64,000 bases of DNA from Nitrospirota bacterium (lineage in GTDB: Bacteria; Nitrospirota; UBA9217): NCBI GenBank assembly GCA_963790205.1, contig CAWBNQ010000001.1, forward strand, positions 224,001 to 288,000, in the 5' to 3' direction. Positions 1-6,918 of this stretch are shown piece after piece (position 1 is the first letter of the stretch; each line of letters opens with the position of its first letter). Position numbers and translations under genes: made by a program. The notes under the pieces were generated by a model. The model was not told where the DNA came from. It saw nothing but the letters and a program-made list of their open reading frames with translations, and did no database searches.

Positions 1-1049
1 AATTTGTCTACTGCCAGCTCTCCATCTTCGAACTTTGCCCGAATAGAATCGATGTTATTGAAATGATTGGTTCTGAATTCTTCCCAAATCTCTTTCGAGC
101 TAAAAAAACTCCCTCTTTTACTTGTTTGACCTATATACCTATAATCCTTTGAGTCGCCGCTACCCATTATCCCTTCGTCGTCATCATTTTTTTTGGCCTT
201 GTTGTAGATTGCTCGTATGTAATCGAAATAGATGAGTTTTAGGTCGTTAAGATCGCTGTCGTCATAGTTCCACTGGATCATCTTTGATCGCCGGCCTTTG
301 TATCTATCCAGATAGCCATCCAGATCAACAAAGGTACCTTCTGTTTTGTTGAGCCTTGTGTAAATTCCAGAGTTCCCTGTTTTCTCTAAATACTCATTCA
401 TTAATTCCATGATTGATAAATATTCTTTGATAGCTGGCGATTTTTCACCCATCATCTGAGCAATTTCTGCGATTCCTTTTTCGCCAGGATAATATTCGAT
501 TAGATCTTTGCACTTCAAATACTTCTCTATTGGATCATAATCTACTTTTGCGTCTTCACCCATTTGAAACGTGGTCTCAAGCCTCATTATTTCTGGAGGG
601 TTCTCATTCAATTCTTCTTCTAATACAACGCCAAGGAAATATACCGGTTGCTCTTTCTTTTTTTCTGCTACCCTTGATAGCAGCAGCGCTCGCCTATTAC
701 CATCAATTATCACACCATCCTTCGTAACTATGCCATACTTAAGCTGGCCCTGATTCAGCAAACTTTCGAAAGTGTTTTTATTACTTTCTTTGCTTGCCTC
801 CTCAAGGAACTGCTCAATAATTAATTTATCGTCGTTATTCGTTGGGTCAAGTGTCTTGCCCTCTTGCTTCTCATACGATTTGACACGACTTGCAATTCGT
901 CCGTTTAAGGAGTTGTAAATCAGATAGTCAAGATTTATCTCGTAAACCGGCATTTTTTGTCGCTTGCCTTTGTAATAGACTTCCATTGAACCATAGGGTT
1001 CTTTCTTTAGTAACTGGACAAAATAATCTATCCGCTGTGCTTTGTTCAT
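1..1049 (-). CDS. ParB/Sulfiredoxin-like domain protein, 3' end beyond window edge
   Basis: Absent from the ORF track because it has no stop in the window. Hand translation from the ATG at 1049 gives MNKAQRIDYFVQLLKKEPYG...YGIVTKDGVIIDGNRRALLL...LETTFQMGEDAKVDYDPIEKYLK. IIDGNRR matches the ParB/Srx motif. Its start overlaps the MTase stop (ATGA, 1046-1049). Confidence 0.75.
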   Translation of the reverse strand, partial: MNKAQRIDYFVQLLKKEPYGSMEVYYKGKRQKMPVYEINLDYLIYNSLNGRIASRVKSYEKQEGKTLDPTNNDDKLIIEQFLEEASKESNKNTFESLLNQGQLKYGIVTKDGVIIDGNRRALLLSRVAEKKKEQPVYFLGVVLEEELNENPPEIMRLETTFQMGEDAKVDYDPIEKYLKCKDLIEYYPGEKGIAEIAQMMGEKSPAIKEYLSIMELMNEYLEKTGNSGIYTRLNKTEGTFVDLDGYLDRYKGRRSKMIQWNYDDSDLNDLKLIYFDYIRAIYNKAKKNDDDEGIMGSGDSKDYRYIGQTSKRGSFFSSKEIWEEFRTNHFNNIDSIRAKFEDGELAVDK

Positions 1050-2761
1050 TTTTTCTCTCCATTCGCTATTGAACTTATTTTGTTAATTGCGTATAGAGCC
1101 ATAACTTGCTTTTTAGGCATTGATTTCTTCTTGAACAATCTCAGCTCGTTTTGGTCAAAGTTCGACTCTTCCGTTACGAGCGCATCAATGATCTGTGCGA
1201 TCCAATGGACCAGCTCAACAGGTTCAATATACTTCCCACTGTTACGCTGAACCTCAAACATCTCCTGAAGTAATTCGGATTTCGCAACCTTTTCAGAAAA
1301 GCCATTATTTATTACATTTATGAATCTTGGGCCTTCTTCGAACTTCAAGATGAGTGGTTTCAGCTTCTTGTAATATCCGTCCAAAAAAGCCCTAATAAAG
1401 AACCCTTCACCTGTTCCGTGCTGCACTGAGGTCTTCCACTTCCCTCTATTTTTGCTATTTCGTCTAATGTCGTAGTTAGATAATGTTACAGTAAAATTTC
1501 CATGCTTGAATGGATGCCTTCTAAACCTCGACCCCTTCTTTCTTCTTGGTGGGTTATCAAAGCGCTTTTGCTCGAACGTGTTCAGGTTGGGTACCTCATC
1601 TAGTGGGCCAACTGTGTTCTTAACTAGAGGATCGGTGATCTTTTCAAATCCATACACCTCTCTAACCGCTCTAGCAAATGCCCTGCTAACAGGAGGACAA
1701 ACAGCATTACCGACTATCATCCATTTATTCCCCTCTGAACCGATGAACTGAAACGTAATAGGAAATCCCATCAAAGTAGCTGCCTCTCTAATCGTTGGAG
1801 TGCGGTACTCGCCATCGCCTTTTCTCTCATACTCTGAGGGGAAAATAATTGCTTCACGGGAGTTTCCAATCTTTGTCGCGGTAATAGTCCTGCTTGGTCG
1901 ATCTTCCCTTTCAGGGAATGACATTAGCCCCATGTATGGATGATTAGTCTTTAAAAATTTTGATCCTTTCCAGTCACAAGCATATAACCCCGTGTCGTAA
2001 AATTGGTCGATTAATTCAGTTTGTTTGATCCTGATGCTTGGATACAATGGATCGCTGACGTATTCTTCTGATTTCTTTGCGTTTGGCCTCGGTAATTGTT
2101 GCCGCACATGTCCTAGCGTTATATGGGTCGGCAAAGCAGCGTCATCCTGTGGCGTGCGGTGTGTTCTTTCAGGGCACACATGCTTTTTCTTTTTAATTAT
2201 CTCGCCTGTAAAAACCCTCTTTCTCGACTGAGGTACTCCAAAATCTGCTGAGTTAATTATTGACCGATTTTCTTCAAGGGAAATCGCAATATCTTTAGGT
2301 TCGAAACCATGTTCCAACGCCCACTTCTTCAACCCTAGTTGATCAAATCTATACTGTTTGGGAAGATGGACCATCGAGTTACTTACATTTTCCATGAACC
2401 AAGCCTTAAGCTTGGAATGCGATTTATGCTTTTTTAAGGCAACGACTTTGAGAAATATCTTTGTAAGTTTGAGACCTTTCGATTTATCAGCCTTTCCCGA
2501 CTTGTTGGAACTCGAAAAGCTCACGCAAGGTGGACTTCCGATTATCACGTCCGTATCAGGCAGCTCTTCAATTCGCTTAATAGAGGTTTCAAACTCAAGG
2601 ACATTACGGGGCTTGCATTCAAGCCCAAAATTGAAATTGAAGCTGTCGATTGCAGGCTTCCAACTGTCAATTCCGCAAACTATCTCGAATCCTTGTTGTC
2701 TGAATCCCTCCGAGAATCCGCCTGCGCCACAAAAGAGATCCATTACAGTGAGCTTGCTCAT
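1046..2761 (-). CDS. DNA (cytosine-5)-methyltransferase with long C-terminal extension
   Basis: C5-MTase motifs in canonical order: DLFCGAGG (I), GSPPC (IV), ENV (VI), QSRKR (VIII), TIREAATLMGFP (IX), GNAVCP (X), followed by roughly 200 extra residues. Confidence 0.95.
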   Translation of the reverse strand: MSKLTVMDLFCGAGGFSEGFRQQGFEIVCGIDSWKPAIDSFNFNFGLECKPRNVLEFETSIKRIEELPDTDVIIGSPPCVSFSSSNKSGKADKSKGLKLTKIFLKVVALKKHKSHSKLKAWFMENVSNSMVHLPKQYRFDQLGLKKWALEHGFEPKDIAISLEENRSIINSADFGVPQSRKRVFTGEIIKKKKHVCPERTHRTPQDDAALPTHITLGHVRQQLPRPNAKKSEEYVSDPLYPSIRIKQTELIDQFYDTGLYACDWKGSKFLKTNHPYMGLMSFPEREDRPSRTITATKIGNSREAIIFPSEYERKGDGEYRTPTIREAATLMGFPITFQFIGSEGNKWMIVGNAVCPPVSRAFARAVREVYGFEKITDPLVKNTVGPLDEVPNLNTFEQKRFDNPPRRKKGSRFRRHPFKHGNFTVTLSNYDIRRNSKNRGKWKTSVQHGTGEGFFIRAFLDGYYKKLKPLILKFEEGPRFINVINNGFSEKVAKSELLQEMFEVQRNSGKYIEPVELVHWIAQIIDALVTEESNFDQNELRLFKKKSMPKKQVMALYAINKISSIANGEKK

Positions 2762-3249
2762 TTACTCCTCTTTTGATTGACCGAAAGTAATTCTTCAACC
2801 CGCGTGACCGACCGCTGCATGTTCTTTTTCAGTTGGCACTCCCATATTGTCAGCACTTTCCAACCTGCTCGCCTCAACTGCAAAACCTTTATCTTATCAC
2901 GACTGACATTCTTTCTGAACTTCTGTTTCCAGAAGGCACTATGCGACTTTGGAAGATTAGGTCGACAATAAGGGCAGCTGTGCCAGAAGCATCCGTTCAT
3001 GAAAACTGCGATCTTTCTGGATGGGAAAGCAATATCTGGCCTACCAGGTGCCTTTTTCCAATTCACCCTATAGCCCCTAATGCCGTCCTTCCAAAGAGCT
3101 CTCCTTAGTGTTAGTTCCGGTTGTGTATCTCTCCCCTTGTTTGCACTCATGACCCTAGACGTACTTTCCCTGAGAGGCAGGGGGGCACGTCCATCTCTTA
3201 TAAAAAAATCTCGCGAGGGAGAATTCATATCTTTAAACATCGCTTGCAT
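2758..3249 (-). CDS. vsr: Very-short-patch repair endonuclease
   Basis: SRVMSANKGRDTQPELTLRRALW...GRPDIAF...FMNGCFWHSC...GWKVLTIWECQ; ATGA overlap with the MTase. Confidence 0.93.
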   Translation of the reverse strand: MQAMFKDMNSPSRDFFIRDGRAPLPLRESTSRVMSANKGRDTQPELTLRRALWKDGIRGYRVNWKKAPGRPDIAFPSRKIAVFMNGCFWHSCPYCRPNLPKSHSAFWKQKFRKNVSRDKIKVLQLRRAGWKVLTIWECQLKKNMQRSVTRVEELLSVNQKRSK

Positions 3250-3319
3250 TCAACTCTTTGAGAGCCTCGCCCCCATGGTGACCTGAAACATGGGGGGGGC
3301 GGGCCTGAAAATTGTCATT

Positions 3320-3421
3320 TTAATATGCCGAGAACTTCTTTGCCAATCCCTTCGCCTTCTCCACCGGATACTTCGCTTCATTCACTGCGATTTTCTTTTC
3401 TACTTCGCTCAACTAATCAAT
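3320..3421 (-). pseudogene. C-terminal remnant of MazG-like/dCTP pyrophosphatase (DCTPP1-type)
   Basis: Minus strand reads ID*LSEVEKKIAVNEAKYPVEKAKGLAKKFSAY*, the typical NxxKYPVEKAKG tail. It has an internal TAG and no N-terminal part. Confidence 0.6.
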
Positions 3422-3474
3422 CTTAAACTCGTGACAAAGATATGTGAGGAAAATAAAAATAAAATGAGATAAGC

Positions 3475-3807
3475 TCAAACTCTCCTGAGCCTATAAACTT
3501 GACCCTTTTCGACATGAAGTTGGGTATGATCTCCTTTTTTGATCCCAACTTCTTCCAGCGCATCAACCAGCCTAGCCTTTGTCCTGCCGTTTGCGGCCTT
3601 CCACAGCACTGATGATATCCAGACCTGACCGTGCTTGTTCTCATGGACACCTGATTCGTAACGAGTACTTCCTATTATGATATAGATAGTCTTCTTTTCC
3701 CTATATCTATGCGGCAGCTCACCGGCACTAGCCTTGGCGATAGAAATCTCGCATATATCTTTATTATCGGCATAAAAGCCTTGCCTTGTTATGCTGCCGC
3801 TTATCAC
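3475..3807 (-). CDS. Hypothetical protein (110 aa)
   Basis: Co-oriented ORF filling the space between neighbours; no recognised motif. Confidence 0.5.
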   Translation of the reverse strand: MISGSITRQGFYADNKDICEISIAKASAGELPHRYREKKTIYIIIGSTRYESGVHENKHGQVWISSVLWKAANGRTKARLVDALEEVGIKKGDHTQLHVEKGQVYRLRRV

Positions 3808-3837
3808 AGTTAGTTTGTTCCTCTCGATTTTTTAGAA

Positions 3838-4293
3838 CTATCCATAGAGTTTTCTCATATAATTTCGGATTCGCGCTGCATCGCTAGCCAATATCAAATC
3901 GTCAGCCTTTTTAATTTTAATCTGCATCGTATTCGCCAATTTTATAATATATTTATGAAAAAAAGGACTTAGTTCTTGCGTTAACTTTGATAATGTCACA
4001 GTTTGCGGCGTGCTAATTTTATTACCAGCTAAGGGTTGTTTATGAGATCGTCTAGTGATAACTACCTTAATCGCAGTAAAACCGCCTTTATGTAATTTTG
4101 CATGGTTGCTCAAACGGTTTTCAGTAAAGATGTTACCACATATTCTGCATTTATATTTTTTCGCTATCGCCTTTTTGGTATTTTTATTCGTTACCTTCTT
4201 TTCAATCTTCTCGCTCATGTCATTAATATATTCACTTCCATGGCGAGCCATCAGCTGTCTTTTGCTTTCCTTTTCCCAGTTGAGTCGTGTCAT
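3838..4293 (-). CDS. Basic hypothetical protein with C2H2-type zinc-finger motif
   Basis: YKCRICGNIFTENRLSNHAKLH (CxxC-x11-HxxxH); GGAGG RBS just upstream. Confidence 0.6.
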   Translation of the reverse strand: MTRLNWEKESKRQLMARHGSEYINDMSEKIEKKVTNKNTKKAIAKKYKCRICGNIFTENRLSNHAKLHKGGFTAIKVVITRRSHKQPLAGNKISTPQTVTLSKLTQELSPFFHKYIIKLANTMQIKIKKADDLILASDAARIRNYMRKLYG

Positions 4294-4371
4294 AGAGCCT
4301 CCGATTATATAAATCGAATCTCTTTCTTATCCTGCTGACTTAATCGAGCTGTGAAATCGACAGCTCAAGCA

Positions 4372-4650
4372 TTAATCCCGCCCGATGTCCCGGTATCTCG
4401 TAGATCGAATAACGGGTTCAGTGTCAGTCTTTTGAAACCGCCCGATTAAGAAGTACAAGAGAGCGCCGAGAGGCGGGATTATCATAACGAACAAGAACCA
4501 AACGATCTTATCGGCATCTCTTTTAAAGTCGCTTTTTACAATATCGATGATCGTGACCAGCCAGAAGAGAAATAAACTGATGGCCAGCAATATGATCAAA
4601 GCAATGTAACGGCTGCAGCTCTCAATTACGCTTGGATCGATCGTAGGCAT
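4372..4650 (-). CDS. PLDc N-terminal-domain small membrane protein
   Basis: Two hydrophobic helices with WLVTIIDIVKSDF...KIVWFLFVMIIPPLGALLYFLIGR. Confidence 0.75.
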   Translation of the reverse strand: MPTIDPSVIESCSRYIALIILLAISLFLFWLVTIIDIVKSDFKRDADKIVWFLFVMIIPPLGALLYFLIGRFQKTDTEPVIRSTRYRDIGRD

Positions 4651-4675
4651 TATCTATGATTCCTTTTTCGACAAA

Positions 4676-4773
4676 AGTAAGAAGTATGAATTATGATTAC
4701 TGCAATTAAGAAGTAAGAATTAAAAATTATGAAATAAACCTTTTAACTTCATAATTCCTACTTCTTAATTCAT
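4676..4773. repeat. AT-rich heptamer-based imperfect inverted repeat
   Basis: AAGTAAG/AAGTATG/AATTATG/AATTAAG units followed by complementary-type units (CATAATT, CCTACTT, CTTAATT). Confidence 0.55.
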
Positions 4774-4783
4774 CCTTGCCTTC

Positions 4784-5110
4784 CTACGCCGCCGCCTTGT
4801 GCGCTTCCACGCGGAGCTTTACGCGCTCGTTCGTCTGCAGGATCTTGATGATCTCCAGGATATTGTCCGCCCGGGGATTCCCGCGCGGCCCCAGCATGCG
4901 ATGCACGCTCTTGTCCGTCTTCTTGAGCTTCTTCGCGAGCTGCTGGAACGTGATGGTCGCGTTGATGTAGTCGCGCAGCATGGCCTTGCCTGCGTCAAGA
5001 TCGCCGGCGAGCAGTTCGTTCACGGCTTCGGTCAGCATTTGCCTTCTGAATGCCGGATCATTTAATGCTCGGTCCATAATGGTTGTTCTGAATTTACGCG
5101 TTACGGGCAT
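4784..5110 (-). CDS. Addiction-module antidote-type HTH protein (orphan antitoxin)
   Basis: DPAFRRQMLTEAVNELLAGD...LRDYINATITFQQLA...KSVHRMLGPRGNPRADN, typical of this HTH family. Confidence 0.75.
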   Translation of the reverse strand: MPVTRKFRTTIMDRALNDPAFRRQMLTEAVNELLAGDLDAGKAMLRDYINATITFQQLAKKLKKTDKSVHRMLGPRGNPRADNILEIIKILQTNERVKLRVEAHKAAA

Positions 5111-5264
5111 GTTCTTTCCTCACTTGTTTCTTGTTTCACAGACCTCTTGGGGGTCAGACTTGAAAGTTGCCATTTCTTTATAGCGATCACACATTGTGAC
5201 CGACTGCCTTCTTCTTACTTCGCCCCTACTCCTCCCACCTGATCGCCTGCACCGGGCAGGTTAA

Positions 5265-5297
5265 AAGCCATTGGGGTCACGAAGCCATTGGGGTCAC
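5265..5297. repeat. Tandem 16-bp direct repeat AAGCCATTGGGGTCAC x2 (REP-like; IS110 target site)
   Basis: Exact copies at 5265-5280 and 5282-5297; related TTGGGGGTCAG at 5147-5157. Confidence 0.85.
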
Positions 5298-5399
5298 CCA
5301 TTTAAAGGACACTGTCAATGGGAAAAACTATCTTGTGCCGAGAAACGGAACGTTTCTCGGCGAGCCTTTTCGTCATCGTCACCCTTACCTTTGCCGCAG

Positions 5400-5685
5400 T
5401 TTCTTTAGGTTTCGGCGTCAGTTCTTGACTGCACCAGTCACCCATCAGGATTAAGGTCATCGGGAACGCTTGATCCGTGACCCTTTCCCGCATCGCGGGA
5501 CCAGAAAATCTTCGGCTCCTTGCCGCGTCCAATTGATTTTTCACGTCTCGTGGCTCTAAGCCAACCCGGTTAAGGCTCGCGGCACGGGCAGTAAAGACGC
5601 TGATAACGATATAAAAGGGTGGGACGGATTACCAATCACTTCTCATGGTTTTGCCAACCCTAATTCTGGTTCACCGTCCCAGCCA
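5400..5685 (-). ncRNA. Putative bridge RNA/seekRNA of the IS110 element (boundaries approximate)
   Basis: Stem 5621-5627/5674-5680 encloses segments matching both halves of the target site; a second structured region (about 5430-5515) contains segments matching both halves of the donor junction. Confidence 0.75.
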
Positions 5686-5689
5686 GCCT

Positions 5690-6709
5690 TCATCCAAAGC
5701 ACTTCTCAGGCATGAATGATACCCCGTCCCGCATGATGTAATAGGCCGCTCTCGCCAGCTTGTGCGCGAGGGCGTTATGCGCCACCATCCTATTTGTTTT
5801 CTGCGACTTGCGGTTGAAATATGCCCGTGCGGCCTCATCTTCGCGACGTGCAATCTCAGCAGCCTCGGAGAAGGCCCATGCTAGATACTTATTGCCGCAC
5901 TTCTTGTTTCCTTTGCCCTTCTTTTTCTCGTTGCTGATCCACTTTGTCGATACCTTCCGGCAATAGGATGCGAAGTTGCCGACCTGAGCAAAGCGGCTGA
6001 CCGGGCCGGTCTCCAGCATGATAGTAAGACCCAGGATCTTGCCGATTCCTGGAATGGTACGAAGTCCTCCGTATCCTTCCCGGAGATCCATTTTCTTTGC
6101 GAGAACACGCTCGACGGTTTTGATCTGGCGCGTCAGAAAGTCTATGGAATCCTTGCTCACCTGGCCGGCCAACGCCAGGTCTTCGTTGTGTTCGAGAAAA
6201 GGGGCAACGCGATTCGTTCGTAACGCTTTCACATCGTTCACCTTGAGCTTGATCCCGTTATTGCGCGTGACGATGTTCTGGAGTCCTAATATCAGTGAGG
6301 TCCGTACTCTCACCAGATGCGCCCTCTTCCGAAGGAGATCACGGACAGGTCGGTCCTCCTTCGGATAGATATATCCTTCCAGCAGAATTCCCAGGCGAAG
6401 CATCTCGGCCAGCCAGAAAGCGTCGTCCTGATCATCGGAGTACTTGAGCCCGGTGTACTTTTGAATCTCCGCAGGATTGGCTAAATGAACAGGATAGCCT
6501 TCCTCCATGAGTAAGTCCACGAGCCAGTACCAGTTGAATGTGGACTCGACGACAATACCGACGATCTGCTTCTTGTACAGTTTCAGGGTAGCGAGAATGA
6601 CCTCGGGATCATTCGCCAACTTCTTTTTGAATACTCGTTTGCCGTTCTCTTCCTTGATGCCTACATACGTGTTGCTTGAATGCAGATCTAAACCAACGTA
6701 TAATCTCAT
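5690..6709 (-). CDS. IS110-family DEDD recombinase/transposase
   Basis: YVGLDLHS, VVESTFNWYW, KYSDDQDDAFWLA (DEDD), TIPGIG, GNKYLAWAFSEAA, ALAHKLARAAY. Confidence 0.96.
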   Translation of the reverse strand: MRLYVGLDLHSSNTYVGIKEENGKRVFKKKLANDPEVILATLKLYKKQIVGIVVESTFNWYWLVDLLMEEGYPVHLANPAEIQKYTGLKYSDDQDDAFWLAEMLRLGILLEGYIYPKEDRPVRDLLRKRAHLVRVRTSLILGLQNIVTRNNGIKLKVNDVKALRTNRVAPFLEHNEDLALAGQVSKDSIDFLTRQIKTVERVLAKKMDLREGYGGLRTIPGIGKILGLTIMLETGPVSRFAQVGNFASYCRKVSTKWISNEKKKGKGNKKCGNKYLAWAFSEAAEIARREDEAARAYFNRKSQKTNRMVAHNALAHKLARAAYYIMRDGVSFMPEKCFG

Positions 6710-6846
6710 TAAGCACCTCCTGGGTTAAGATTGGCGTCTTTCCCATGAGCATATCAGAGTCAAACTGATTCTGGTATGCTCGGAGGTGCCCTTTATATGA
6801 TTATCACTTCTTTAAACAGGCTATGAAAAAAATTCGGCAGCCCCGG

Positions 6847-6880
6847 GAGCGAGAGATTTCTGCCAGGCGGTCTCTCGCTC
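6847..6880. terminator. Hairpin, likely terminator of the radical SAM gene
   Basis: GAGCGAGAGA...TCTCTCGCTC 10-bp stem just past the stop codon. Confidence 0.5.
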
Positions 6881-6918
6881 GTTGTTTTGTCTTAGTACTC
6901 TCTCGCTGATCAGTCGTC

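Larger units (their letters stand above)
5294..6807 (-). mobile_element. Complete IS110-family (IS1111-type) insertion sequence
   Basis: Sub-terminal inverted repeats CATTTAAAGGACAC (5299-5312) and GTGCCCTTTATATG (6786-6799), 12/14 match. Core TCAC (GTGA on minus) at both ends, 5294-5297 and 6804-6807. About 390 bp of non-coding DNA downstream of the recombinase. Confidence 0.9.

Noticed and set aside
3300..5260. Run of small co-oriented ORFs as an integron cassette array
   Set aside because: No RYYYAAC...GTTRRRY attC-like palindromes between the ORFs and no integron integrase in the window.
5265..5297. Direct repeats as a mini-CRISPR or as the IS target-site duplication
   Set aside because: Only two 16-bp units with a 1-nt gap, both on one side of the IS; no cas genes.
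5302..5544. 80-aa ORF downstream of the IS110 recombinase
   Set aside because: It overlaps the structured guide-bearing non-coding region and the IS end; no protein motif.
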